Shown here in pieces: positions 38,788-51,776 of a stretch of 64,000 nucleotides of DNA; position 1 is the first letter of the stretch, and each line of letters opens with the position of its first letter. Source of the stretch: Stylophora pistillata (lineage: Eukaryota); assembly GCF_002571385.2 (NCBI RefSeq), contig NW_019218163.1:202939-266938 (forward strand), read 5' to 3'. The notes beneath the pieces are model-generated. The model saw only the letters and a program-made list of their open reading frames with translations. It was not told where the DNA came from and did no database searches. The translations under genes and the position numbers were made by a program.

Positions 38788-38962
38788 GTCTGCAGACATG
38801 GATCAGTATTCTGATGAGGAATCCCCAAGACAGCTTCAAGGACATGGCGGTAGGCATAGGGGTAGAAGCCGCCATCCAATGGCAAGAGGACAGGATACAG
38901 ATTGGGATAGGAGGCAGCCAAGGTAGCAGCGGGGCAAGTGTAATAAGACTAAGACTAAAACT
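38788..38962 (+). repeat. 175-bp duplicate of the EML C-terminus and stop region (38394-38568)
   Basis: Ungapped match with 8 mismatches by manual count. Confidence 0.92.
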
Positions 38963-39451
38963 TTTTTGTATTACTGAAATTGGGAATAGAGTCAGAGATT
39001 AGGTAGTGTGAGTACTAATTGAAAGAACCAAGGGGAAACTGTTTTCTCTAAACCTGACTTAACTTTTAGCATGTTTTTCTCCAAAAGAAAAACAAACAAA
39101 AAACCAGACCAAAAAAAGCAAAGAGCAAATTGCTGAGCACTGTTTTTCTATTGAATTGCTTGCTACATGCCAGATTTAGAGAGGGGGGGGGGAATGTACA
39201 GAAACTTACTGTTGAGTAGAGTTTTTTACTAAGCCTCTTTAAAGGAAAAACTATTGTGAGGTAAGCTATATTTATTTAGGATGACTCTGAAACATAAAAG
39301 ATAAGTTACCCATATTTATTTATCAATGTAACTTAGGTATATTTAATTTTATGCTATGATTGTGTTTAGTCTTGCAAGGTATTTATCCAACTTTTTGTAG
39401 CATGCTCATTTGAATTGATCACGTGCTGCAGAATTTGTTCTCTTTTCATGG

Positions 39452-39797
39452 CAGGGTTCGTACACTTTTGACCTGTTAAAATTCCATGACTTTCCATGAC
39501 TTTTTCCATGACCTTTTGAAAGATTCCATGACTAGAATGCAGTGTGAAAGAATGTTTGCAAACATTCTCACAATGCGTGCTTCTGTTTATTTCTAATGAA
39601 ATTAAATCTGATTTTTGGACTCGTCAGTTAACTTTTCAACTTTGGGTCTTATTGCCTTTCACTCATAGAGAGCATAATTATTGATTTTCCATGACTTTCC
39701 ATCACCCACACGTAAATTGCATGACTTTCCAGGCCTGGAAAATGAAATTTTGAAATTCCATGACTTTCCAGGTTTTCCATGACCTGTACGAACCCTG
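39452..39797. mobile_element. MITE with CAGGGTTCGTACA TIRs, 5-bp TSD and TTCCATGAC subterminal repeats (hAT5-like)
   Basis: 13-bp TIR; catgg on both sides. Confidence 0.75.
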
Positions 39798-40712
39798 CAT
39801 GGTAAGGACTCTCTTGATATCTGACAAATGTGTCATTACTGGAGGTTATGGAATACACACAGCTTCTTCAAGAGCTTTACAAGGCACAAAATATATTAAA
39901 AATTTATTAATTACAAATTGATTTTGAGAATTAATGAGTTAAATAGTCGTTAGCAATTGGTCTGGTTAGTTTTTTTTTTTATATATATATAGATATTCAT
40001 TGTAGATTCATCCCTGATAGGAATGGAAATAGTTTGATGGAAAGGGTTAATAGAATTATTAGTTAAAAAATGCAATAATAAGTAATAACACCAGACAAAC
40101 AGAGAATTCCCATAGGTCAGTGTAAGCAGTATCAATTGCAAATAAACTTCTATTTAATATTTCATCAAAATTAACAGATTGCACAATAAAGTAAAAAACA
40201 TAAGAAAGGTTTATGATTGTGTACCATAATAATGCACAAAGCCAAAGAAATTTTCAGATGTTCATACTGAGCATACTGCAAGGACATTTTAATTTCAACA
40301 GACCACACAGTTCAATGAACATGAAATGAAAATTTGACTGGTAGCTTTTATTATACAATTCTTACAAGTTTTACTTTTCATTTCCTTTTAAAAACTGAAT
40401 AACAGGATGTGAAAACAACAAGTTCCTCAAAATAATCATTAATAATACATCCTAATAAATAATTCTATGTCCATCCAAGCGAATCTTCATTGCTATTAGT
40501 TTAAGAGTCACAACATTTTCAAAACATCCAATTTCTCAAGTTAACATGTCATTCCAGCCCCAATCATTGCTTTTCAAAATTTAATATCCCCTCTGATCAA
40601 TAAATAATTAAAAATTGGACTGTCAAAAAATCTTCACCAAGAATATGATTGGTATAAAAATCCATTCTATTTGAGTCAAACACTGCAATGAACATCATTT
40701 GATAATTATATT

Positions 40713-42671
40713 TCATGAGTAATGAAATTGCTGCATTAAAGATAAACTTCCATTTGTCATTGTATACACATTGACAATCTTCTGATTGTTCGACCACAGT
40801 CTAAACTGAATGGCAGAGAATACCGCAATAGCTGACAAGAAGAATGCCAAAACAGCTCTCCATGGACGTGCACCAGCACGCTGTTCCAGAAGAAACTGCA
40901 TAACTTTATCCCAGCAATCTTCCTGCTCTGACCTCCTCTGACGACTAACTTGGCGAACCAAGCGATTCCACAAATAATCAACATCAACATTTCCAAGAGA
41001 GATGATTGGCAGCATTAAGAAGAAGAGTAACAGAAGTGAATGCAAATATTGAAAAAAAGGCAATGGATTGGTCTTTACAATCCACACATGTAACTCAAGA
41101 AAAAGACAGACTGTGCATAGAATTAGGTTCAGTGCAATCCAACCTGAGGAAAATTCACGGAATTTGTGGAAGGCATCAAATGCTTCAGCCAAACGAGCTC
41201 GACACAAATCAATGTTGTTGATGTTTTCACGCAGAAACTTTGTTACCAATTTGATTTCTGACTCATAGCTGCAACGTAGAAGGTACACTAAGTAGCAAAA
41301 TCCACCAAAGTTAATGTAGCCTTCTACAATGACAAAAAAGTGAAGAGGAACCAAAGTTGTTAGACTAGAAAGTGTTTCATTAGCAACCATGGGTGAGACC
41401 AGCTCTGGGTCAAAATATGGCGCTGCTATCTTCAGACACTGGGTGCACATCACAGCCAAGCTCCCAACGAAGAGGGCGTAACCAGCAAACTGCTTATCCT
41501 TCATGTTCACAAATCGCATACGATGGACAAGGAATTCTACAGCCAATGCATTTGACCAGCTTCCCATGAACATAGTTGGCCATGTGGTGTGCACAACAGA
41601 AATGAGACAAGTGAATGGACCAACATAGAGCAACAGCTTCATTCCAATCCAGGCAAGCACATGAACAATATCACAGCCAGAATTTGCATAGCTTGTTATC
41701 AATAGCACAATGTTAGCTAATGTTATACCAGTTATGAGCAGGAGCCACACCAATGACAGAAAGCCACTTCCACAGTGGTTCAGAAAGGATGAGCCAATTT
41801 CATGATCAGTGATAACAGTTGGCACACCTTTGTAATCCCATGTCAAGCTGTCACATACTTTACACTGATTATCTGTGTAGTAGAATGCAGTGTGCTTCTT
41901 TGACTTTATGCATCTGTTGCATAGTTTGGAGCAAACCAGAAAACCTAAAGAAAGAAAAATAAATCAGATGTAACACAGTATCAAAATGAACATGGAGCCC
42001 ATGACATGACTGACAAGGCTCTCTGTTGTATTCAGAGCACCCAGGAATGGTTAATTTATGTGTTTACTAAAGTGTACACCCATGTTGATATATTAACCCT
42101 TTAAACTCCCAAATATGATCAATGATTACTAGTAACATCTCCACTTATCTCTACATTATTCTGAAAACAAAGTGATAACAATAGAAATATTTAATGTTTG
42201 AAGGACACTATCTTGATGTAACATTACATTCTCTCAACTACTTTCCAGCATATTATTGGAGGTAGTAGGAGAACTGCTAGTCAGATGACACCAAACAGGT
42301 ACAGGAAACAGAATAACAGCTGTTTTTTAAGAAACAGGACACATGAAAGTTTAGTTTGAAGGAATTACTTTTCTTGAAGTGTACTTTGATCCTATGACAC
42401 TTATCAGGAAATGCCTTGGGTATTTTACACCAAATATCTGAGAACAGAGGAACTTAACAAAAAAAAATTTTGAGGAATATGTTTAAATATTATCGGCATT
42501 AAAAACAGGAAACTGTACTACAGTTATGCTTTTACCAGAATGATAAAGCCCTAATGTCTTGAAGTAGAACCACAAGAGGATCGGCCATCTTTCACCCACT
42601 TCAGCTGCTCTTAAAATGGGAACATTCACAGACTCACTGCTACCACGGTGAATGTTCAGTGCGCTGGACAT
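40713..42671 (-). CDS. Uncharacterised 7-TM membrane protein, probably gustatory-receptor-like (7TMIC/GRL), ~455 aa
   Basis: Exons 42671-42536 and 41944-40713 join in phase 1. N-terminal FKTLGLY segment, seven hydrophobic helices, final helix ending ...FSAIQF. Upstream exon(s) are possible. Confidence 0.7.
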
Positions 42672-44602
42672 CTAAACGATAGAAAATAAGTTGGAAAAAG
42701 ATCAACAAATAAAACAAACGCACTTCAGGACTTAAGAAAAGTTTTGAAATACCCTATACCACTGAAAATGAGATGTGAAAATTGTCGTTGGGTTAAAAAA
42801 AAAAATTTCAACCAGATTCCAGATTCCCTCTATTTTGCTCAAGAAACCATCCAACCAACTTACTATTATTAGAACCCTTTCCTTTTTTTGAACAAATTTA
42901 AAATCCAATCATTTCCCTATTTTCAGAACATTGTCTCCCAATTTCCGGTACATATTTAGAGCAGTGATCATGAGCATTTCCTGTCCCAAATTAACAATCT
43001 CAAATTAACAGTCGTCCACTCAAGTAGATGCACTTGGCTCAAATTGACTAGTTTTATGGTTTGTAAAAAAATTGTTGCTTTGAAGAGACAAAATACTGGA
43101 TTCAACTTCGCGCCGAAGAATCCCTTTGACATTGTTCTAGAAGTTCGAAACCGCCCCCATACTTCGCATATGCACACGAAAACCGTGATTTCATGAGATC
43201 AAAAATCGCAAAGGCCTTTAAATTTTGCTGTATTGAAATGTAATGAAATTAGATCTTATGCCTCGTTTCCAATTTTTCGCGCAACACTCTGAGCAAAATT
43301 ATTCAGTTTTTTTTTGTGCACTCCATTACGCAACGAAGCAACCTGAATATTACGTGACATGGCGTAATGTTTATTTCTCGTGACATTTGTAGAAATATGA
43401 AATACGAAAGATTGCCAGCACCAACAAGGCTGAAGATAACAGGCATTTAATAATAAATGAGTGTCGTTTCCTATAACGATCCTCAATCACTGCATTCAGC
43501 TTAGGAGACCTCAAGTCGTAAGGGTTAAATGTTTCGTCGAGACCTGTAAATTTGAAAAATAACAACTAACCTTTTTATCGGAATTCGCTGCTCCACTCCA
43601 TTCCGCCGAGGAAGACGTGTAGAAGGTCGTTTTATTTCGCATATTGCGACCAGAGGGGTTTACTGCAAAGCAGAGAGGCAGATCACTCGGAAAGGCAAGA
43701 CAAAAGATGGACAGTTCCCTTGGTTCTAGTCTCGTTACATAACATAACAACAACAAATAGATATTCGTTTTCCCATGAGAAAACAGTAGTCGATCAGAAT
43801 GACAAATGATGTGAATTTACTGATTGCGCCCGAGTAGATCGTCGATTTCTTAAAAACTTAATTGACGAGAATAAAAAGAGCTTCAGTTTTCTCTTTTCAC
43901 TGCAAAAGTTTTGAAATGGAGAAAAATTGACCTATGAAGCTTGAGGGCTTGCAAGTCATTGCAACACAGTCAAAGTTGCTGCTTTGAAGCTTTGATTCGC
44001 GTCATGACAAATTCTAGAACCGTTCAAAAACCCATCAAAGATCGTTTAGGGCACGTTCGCTGATTTCCACTTAAACAAAGAGATCTGTCCAACTTTCTTT
44101 CCACATCCCATCCCATGAAATAAAATGTTCATAAGCAGCAAAAATAAATTCACATTTTCCCAGGATAACTTACCAGATCTTCACTCAATTTTCTATGTCA
44201 GCCGGAGAAATCCATGTTTGAAGCTCACATCGCATGTCTGCTTAGGTCAGAGTTCAAAGATATGTCATCGCTTTTTTTTTACACCGTCACGGACACCGTC
44301 ATGTGAAAGTTAGGTTCCAAAGGAGGCCGGATAAGGAACGATAACAGAATCAAAACTAACACCTGAAGATATAAAATTATGACGTACATTCTCACCTGGG
44401 TTCGCGATATTCAAACGAGTTCATGATCGTTTACCTCCACGCGTCCGCGCGTAAACTCGCATTATACCCGCGCGCCATTCGCGCATACTAGGGCCATACC
44501 CACAAACCCTAGCGGTATTTAGTTTACACGGCATTTCGGTTACAGATTCGAACGATCCTAACAAAATTTGTACCGATCTGTCGCTACGACAAACGTGATA
44601 TC

Positions 44603-47549
44603 ATGATCAAAGTCATAACATCGGTCGTCTGCGCCTTTGCAGCGATCTTGATGATAATTTTGAGCTTAGCCACGACCTACTGGCTGCAGTGGGTGATAGT
44701 TTCTCACAACAGAAACATCACTCATTACCGAGGTTTGTTCAGGCATTGCTGGGAATCCAGGGACAACGTTACAGACGAACTCATCAGCGCGGAGTCTGAT
44801 TGTTCCAGTGACAAGCACACGCTCAAGGATGTACTGAAATCAGGTGAGCAGTTAATTTGGTAACCTTTGAAAATGGTTAGTAGAGGGAAGTAGGCGTAGT
44901 ACAGGAACTTTCTAGTCACTTTTTTTTTACTCCATAACCGAATCTAAGATTTGAAAGGAGCAGCGCTCGACGTAACTACCTGTCAGTGACGATTTCTTTC
45001 TTTTGACTTGTGCGAGATAGACTGCGAAAAGTTTTTAATCATTGTAACTAGTGAACCATTGCGTTGTAATTTTTAAAATCATACGTAAAATATTTTTATG
45101 CGTGAAGTGAAGCGAGCATAAATGAAAGCATGCATGTTAATCAAGCAGAACGCTACGTACAGATTCCTTTCAAATTTTAATCGGCACACCCTGTGATTTC
45201 GTTCTCGGGAAAGCGCAGCTCTGAGGGAACACACGTTAATACTAAACAATGATCAAAGTCATAACAAGCTTTGTGAGCTGTTTAGCGGCAATTCTGTTAG
45301 GAATTTTGGCACTAGCCACCGACTTTTGGCTAGTGTGGTGGAAAGAAGCAAAGGAAATCGGAGGTGTACAATATCATCATGAAGGCTTGTTTCAAACTTG
45401 TTCTGAAACCTCGATCAATAGCACTGTAGTTGCTGCCGATAGCTGCACAACATTACATGATTTGGGAAGACCAGGTAGATCATTTTCGGATTTGTTTCTA
45501 AATAGTATATCGAAGATAAAATATTTGCGTGTCTTGTGTACATTTGTGTTCCTTACTAGTATCTGGCTGACTGATAGGGCAGTAAGTTTGCTCATAGTCT
45601 CCCTACATGATAAATCTTTCTATAACATCAAAGTAACTTTACAGTGTAACTTCTGTCAGTAACTAATTCTGTTAACTCGGAGTTAAATAGATCGATGTCA
45701 GCAAGAAACTTGATAGTTTCGAATAATTATTCTAATTATGAACAGTTCTTATACATATTTTAAAGGTTGTGAATCTTTATGAGAATATTTGTTGTTCATA
45801 GAAACTTTTGTGTTTCAGATTTTAGTCTTATTTCATGAACTACCAGTAAATTATTGTGAAAAGTTTGAAAACAACATACTGAATATTCTCTTCTCTTAGA
45901 ATACAAGCATGTTCTGGAATTTTCTACGAAATAGCAGTGATTCTCATCAATAATAAACAATCAAAAAGTGCATTAGATATGATTTGCAACTGTTGCTTTT
46001 TCACTGTGCAGTGTGTTAGGACCTCTGAGTCAATGTTACTAAATCAATCAAGTTTCAATTGACCACTAACACTATTGGAAGGGTGAAGCCTCTGTGTAAA
46101 GACAGAACAGCTTGTAACTGCGTGGTTATATATTTACAGGTTCCTGGTGTGATTTAAAGAAATCTTGAATAACAGCATAATCCAATATGAGACCAATTTT
46201 ATGTGGTTTATGCGTAACATGCTTGTCATTTAGTAACTAGTCCACAATTTTTATTTGATTGTACAATTGTACACTGTACTTTGTTGTTCTCCTACAGAAG
46301 CAAATACTCTTACTTTGATTTGCTGTTTACAACAGAATTAATGCAGTATGTAACAGTGTGTAATTTTCAGGTTGATTTTTTGCCTCAAATAATTACTGGT
46401 GGCAGTGCCTATACGGTAACAAACAGAAACATGACTGTGTTAGCAGAACACTGCCACAGCCTAAAACTAAGAAAAAATTACCTCAATTAATGATGTCCCA
46501 ACAAAGAATATCCAGGCATGAACATAAACAATGATAGTTTCCAGCATTACATGACCCATTTTAAACAAGTGCCGTGGTTTACAATAAGAAATGCGCTGAT
46601 GTTTGTTCAGAAACCTTAGCTATTCCAAGAAACAAACAGATTAAGGAGACTGAAGCTTGAGGACAACTGACTACTGACAAATATTCATGCAGATAATTGA
46701 TGATACGCAAGGGAAAAAATTCAAGCTTAAATTTTCCTTCTGTTTAAAGCTCATCAGACTAGCTGATGTGTACATCGTTCTGGAAACATTGTCCTGCCTC
46801 ATTGAACAGAATATTTACCAATGTTTTCCTGTCTAAAATATTCACTGCCAGTGGTGTTGACTTTTAGGGCTCTCTCTTCAGACAAGTTTTTATCTTTTTT
46901 TATTAACAATCATTTTATCAATTTTGTGGTTATGTATAATAAATTTGTCCTGAGTATGATTGTAGGCAGAGCAGAGTTCAAAATCAGCACATTTATTTAC
47001 TCCACACCACTGCCATGTCCCTCCTTATTTAAGCTTTGATGTTCATGGTTATCTACAGGATGGGACAAAAATAAATGCTGGTCTCTCTCTCTCTAATTGA
47101 ATGAAAATGTTTTGAGTACTTATAGATATTGTTTTTTTTTTTTTTCAGACTGGAATGGAGCAGTGATTGCCTTGATGTTTCTGGCCCTCATCTGCCATTT
47201 AATTGCCTTTATCATAGCCATTGTGGCAGCAATACGAAAGGGACATCCTTTTCCATCCTTTACTGTAGGCGGATTCTTCTGTGCAGCAGGTATGTACAAC
47301 ATAATAGCTGTTGAGTCTTGTTATTAACCTTCATGAGGAAAAGGCACCTGAAAAACTTGGATTTGATTTTTGTTTTGAACAATCTCCTCTCTGTTTTTCT
47401 ATGTAGCTATTCTTGTGGTTATCGCTTTGCTGGTCTTCACATTTTTTAACTGGAAGGATGATGTGTTCTTCAGCTGGTCATATGGCGGAGGATGGTCTAC
47501 AGTGGCATTGTCCATTATAGCATTTGTGTTAATTATGGCAGATCGCTGA
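44603..47549 (+). CDS. Claudin/PMP22/EMP-family tetraspan protein, isoform a (174 aa)
   Basis: Exons 44603-44843, 47149-47289, 47407-47549; W...GLF..C...C signature, 4 TM, FSWSYGGGW. Confidence 0.85.
45249..45474 (+). CDS. Alternative first coding exon (isoform b, 169 aa) of the same claudin-like gene
   Basis: Own ATG, TM1, W...GLF..C...C, and a phase-1 donor CAG|GTAGAT compatible with the exon at 47149. Confidence 0.8.
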
Positions 47550-49003
47550 GGAATTGCAGAGCCCAACTGACAAATCAAACAGAAAGTAGACTTCAACACC
47601 AGATTGTTCCAGTTGGACATAACTAGCATTATGGCCTCAAAGTCAAGAATGGCATTTGAACATTTTGTAAGTTAAGTGTGTAAAAATTTTATGTGGATTT
47701 GTTGCTGGGCTCAAAGTATTCTACAGTGCACCTTTAATCCTTGTATGTCATAACATAATCAACATCTCAAAAAAAACTTGATTTCTAAAGGATCCTCATC
47801 TGAATGAAATAATGATGTTGACAACAAAATCAAAAATTATTATGCTTGAAAACGTTATCATCAAGGGTTAAATATGTTCAACAAATTACCAGGATTTCTC
47901 TTGTTAAAAGTGCTTTTTGCTTTTTTTCCCTGTAGTTTAGTTTTTCTATGACAGCGACACAATTTTCTTCTCCAAATGGAATAAAATTTAAACCAAGCAA
48001 AGTTTACAAAGTCACAACACTGATGGTTACAGTTTTTTTGTTTCTATTTATTGGCTTTAGTTAATGTATTTTTTTATTAGATTAGAAAGTGGAATTTAAA
48101 AATGTATAAGGTTAAAATTATGGAATGAGTCCATAACATTTCAAGTGAGATAAATATCATTGCATAGCCTGGCATCTGATGTAACTTACTAAATTGTGGA
48201 TGTAAAAAGTTTTTTCACCTTTTGAGACATTTTTTGTTACCCAGTATGCATAGCAATGCATGCTAAGTATTTATACTGAGACACAATTTTGTACATAATT
48301 AGGATTGTTTTGTTCTGTTTTGCCTTGTTTTTCATTGCAAATGCAAATTTATTGATTGCTTCCCTTTGAAAAAATACCCTAATTAACCTTGACAACCTTG
48401 TGTTTCAAGAACATGTTTATTGGTTATTTTGGGTATTTTTAGAAATATGTTTCCTCCACCTTAGGAATGCTAGGAAAATTTAAATATATTCGACAAAGCA
48501 AAGTGTGTTTCCTTGTGTTTTGACTGAGTAGAATATTTCATAGTGTGGCACTGAGTTGAATTTCCCAGTTAAGGACCCTAAATATCATTTCTTTATTCTT
48601 TAAAGGTTGTTTGATAGATCAATACCATCACTATTGTTATACATTAGACTTGTTCAAGAGCATTCAATCACTACACAATAATGTGTGTAGCTGAGATGAT
48701 AGAAGCAGTATCAGCATTTATCATGTTGAGTTCAAAGTCTGCCTAGCTTCTAAGCCTCTTATCCACGAAGTGTTCTCATGGCAGCACATTATGAAACAGT
48801 TATTAAATTCTTGTGTATATGTTATCTGCCTCAGCCTTCGGCTTTAGCAGATTCATACGCGGAATGCAAATTTGGTGTCCAGTTTGAATTGCCATTCTTC
48901 TGGACTTACTAGCCTTGTCTTCACATGGAAACACAAAAGGATTTTTACATGTGTGAGAGGCTAGTGAGTCCAGAACAATGGCAACTCAAATTGGTCGCCA
49001 ATA

Positions 49004-49235
49004 TACGTATCTATAACCGCAGTTCAAAATATATGAACTTCATATATTCATTGTATCTGATTTATCATCACGGGTTTATTACGAATCAACTTAACGGCCT
49101 GCTCCCAGTTGGCTTGTTAGCTCAATTGGTAGAGCGCTGCACTAGTATCGCAGAGGTCAGTGGTTCGAATCCCGTACAGGCCTGATTTTCGCTATTGCAT
49201 AAATAGCGCTCTCTACTGCGAGGATCGTGCATCAT
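49004..49235 (+). mobile_element. Repeat unit with internal tRNA-Thr(AGT)-like cloverleaf (49111-49183)
   Basis: Acceptor stem GGCTTGT/ACAGGCC, D arm GCTC/GAGC, anticodon loop CTAGTAT; T-stem mismatched; flanks shared with 11411-11754. Confidence 0.75.
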
Positions 49236-49457
49236 TAGAATGATTGCAATGTTAGTAATAGCTGGGCGACAGAAGGTAAAAGGAGAAGGGGAAGACCAAA
49301 AACCACTTGGAGACGTACAGTAGAGAAAGAAAGGCAAGAGACAGGTTGGAGGTCGTGGGAGGAGGTGCGGACAGCAGCAACCAGTCGAGAGCAGTGGAAA
49401 AGCTCAGTGAAGGCCCAATGTGCCACGAGGCATGAAAAGGATTGATGATGATGATGA
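49236..49457 (+). mobile_element. RTE-clade LINE 3' end
   Basis: WATEGKRRRGRPKTTWRRTVEKE...QWKSSVKAQCA followed by a (TGA)n tail. Confidence 0.8.
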
Positions 49458-49899
49458 CCCTATTGTTTGTAATGTTTTGTTGTCTTTGTTTTACGTCACT
49501 CGTGAGCTTCACAGGTTTTTACACCGAGGATGAGCCCAAATGAGTGATTCTTGCCACATTTGATGGAAACAAATTCGAGTCTTCCCACGCAACATCGGAT
49601 ATTCCAACTGACCTGCGATCTATCCTGCAAATAAAGCACGTCGCGTTTTTTAATGGAGTATGAACACCTGTAAAAACGCATCAATTACTAGGACAAACCT
49701 TCGCAAAACAGGTTCATTCCTTGTTCCCTGTACGTACATCATCGTGAAACATGGCATCCCGAGGCATACCAGGGGACCAAACTTTATACTCGCAAAGATA
49801 GATGGGACAGACGGAGAGGGAGAAAATTACAAAGACCACTTTAGAAGTAGTTGTATTCCTCCCACAAAATGTTCTGAGGTCTTTTCAAAAATTCAAAAA

Positions 49900-50593
49900 G
49901 ACGAGAGGGACACAAGAGTTAAAATTGCGAACGTAAGTGTGAAAGAAAATGCGCGAGATACTAACGTAACAATCTAAGAGAGTAAAGTAAAAAAGGGCGA
50001 GATTCTCACATAACAATAAAAGAGAGAAAATTGAAATTGCGCAAGAATCTAATCTCACAATCAAAGAAAGAAAGCTGAAAATACGCGAGATACCAACAAA
50101 ACAATCAAAGGAGATTGGGTAAGATTGTAACGTAACAATCAAAGAGAGAAAACTAAAAATGCGCACGATTCTGATGTAACAATCACAGAGAGAAAGCTAA
50201 AATGCGCAAGATTCTAACGTAACAATCAAAGAGAGAAAACTAAAAATGCGCAAGATTCTGATGTAACAATCAAACAGAGAAAGCTAAAATGCGAAAGATT
50301 CTACCGCAACAATTAAAGAGAGAAAACTAAAAATGCGCAAGATTCTGATGTAACAATCAAAGAGAGAAAGCTAAAATGCGCCACATTCTGACGTAACAAT
50401 CAAAGAGAGAAAACTAAAAATGCGCAAGATTCTGATGTAACAATCAAACAGAGAAAGCTAAAATGCGAAAGATTCTACCGCAACAATTAAAGAGAGAAAA
50501 CTAAAAATGCGCAAGATTCTGATGTAACAATCAAAGAGAGAAAGCTAAAATGCGCCACATTCTGACGTAACAATCAAAGAGAGAAAACTAAAA
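49900..50593. repeat. 43/44-bp satellite with 174-bp higher-order repeat, running into the gap at 50594-50979
   Basis: Unit aaaatgcgcaagattctgatgtaacaatcaaagagagaaagct; the variant gcgaaagattctaccg recurs at 50291 and 50465. Confidence 0.92.
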
Positions 50594-50979
50594 NNNNNNN
50601 NNNNNNNNNNNNNNNNNNNNNNNNNNNNNNNNNNNNNNNNNNNNNNNNNNNNNNNNNNNNNNNNNNNNNNNNNNNNNNNNNNNNNNNNNNNNNNNNNNNN
50701 NNNNNNNNNNNNNNNNNNNNNNNNNNNNNNNNNNNNNNNNNNNNNNNNNNNNNNNNNNNNNNNNNNNNNNNNNNNNNNNNNNNNNNNNNNNNNNNNNNNN
50801 NNNNNNNNNNNNNNNNNNNNNNNNNNNNNNNNNNNNNNNNNNNNNNNNNNNNNNNNNNNNNNNNNNNNNNNNNNNNNNNNNNNNNNNNNNNNNNNNNNNN
50901 NNNNNNNNNNNNNNNNNNNNNNNNNNNNNNNNNNNNNNNNNNNNNNNNNNNNNNNNNNNNNNNNNNNNNNNNNNNNNNN

Positions 50980-51548
50980 GAATAGGTTTTCGGGGAAGAG
51001 GAGATGAAAGTAGTCAGAGAATGATGGATTGTTAGGAAGCTCCACATTCAACCCTCGATCAGCTGTGAAGTCAAGCCTTCGCGGGATGCGATCGCCAAGG
51101 ACCCAGTTGTCTTCTTCGGTTTCTTCTTCGCTGTCCGCCTCGCCATCACTGTCTTCTTCTCTTCTGTCATCTTCTTCTTCACTGCTTTCAGAATTATCCG
51201 TATTTTCATCTAAATCGCTATCCTCTCCGCCGACAACTTCATCAATAGTTCCTTCATCAACAAATACAATATTGGCCGCCATCTTTGTTTATCAGTGTTA
51301 CCGCGCAACAAAATATATTTCATGCTAATTAACTCTTTTATTCTACTCGGGTCTTCGGAACTCTGTCGGATGCTTAATTTATGTCCCTTGGGTTGGCCCA
51401 TGATCATAAACCAATGTAAGCCCAACATATTCCGAACTTCTCCGCCAATAAAACGATGATGTTCGGAAACCCGGAATATTCCGGGACCCGTCCACATGGA
51501 CGAACACGTGCGCCCGGAATATTCCGGGAGCCGCACGATAAGGGTTAA
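50980..51548 (-). mobile_element. piggyBac transposon left end with transposase N-terminus (cut by the gap)
   Basis: TTAA|CCCT terminus at 51548-51541; two CCCGGAATATTCCGGG palindromes; ORF from 51282 with acidic N-terminus then F...GL.V....SFSDYFHLLF, as in PGBD transposases. Confidence 0.8.
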
Positions 51549-51776
51549 CATTAATGGATGTTATAACCTAATTAACATTTACTCCGTCCTCCAACATAAA
51601 ATTTTTTTCCCGTTTGACTCTTCATTTAGATACCAAGCTCTCTAAATTTGTCGGCGCTCAGACGAATGAATCAATAAGAAGTCGCGCCTAACATAAGCTC
51701 AGAACTCTCTGGCAATCCTTCAGTTTGTAAAGATGTTTTTATTTTCTTTCAAACCACAGCGACACACGCAAACAAC

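Noticed and set aside
43371-43642. Additional upstream coding exons of the 7-TM gene
   Set aside because: Would require a 27-nt intron, and I could not establish a phase-compatible donor; left unassigned.
49111-49183. Functional tRNA-Thr(AGT) gene
   Set aside because: T-stem and anticodon-stem mismatches; flanks shared with other dispersed copies, so it is repeat-borne.
49900-50593. CRISPR-like array
   Set aside because: Contiguous tandem monomers with no unique spacers, eukaryotic context, no cas genes.
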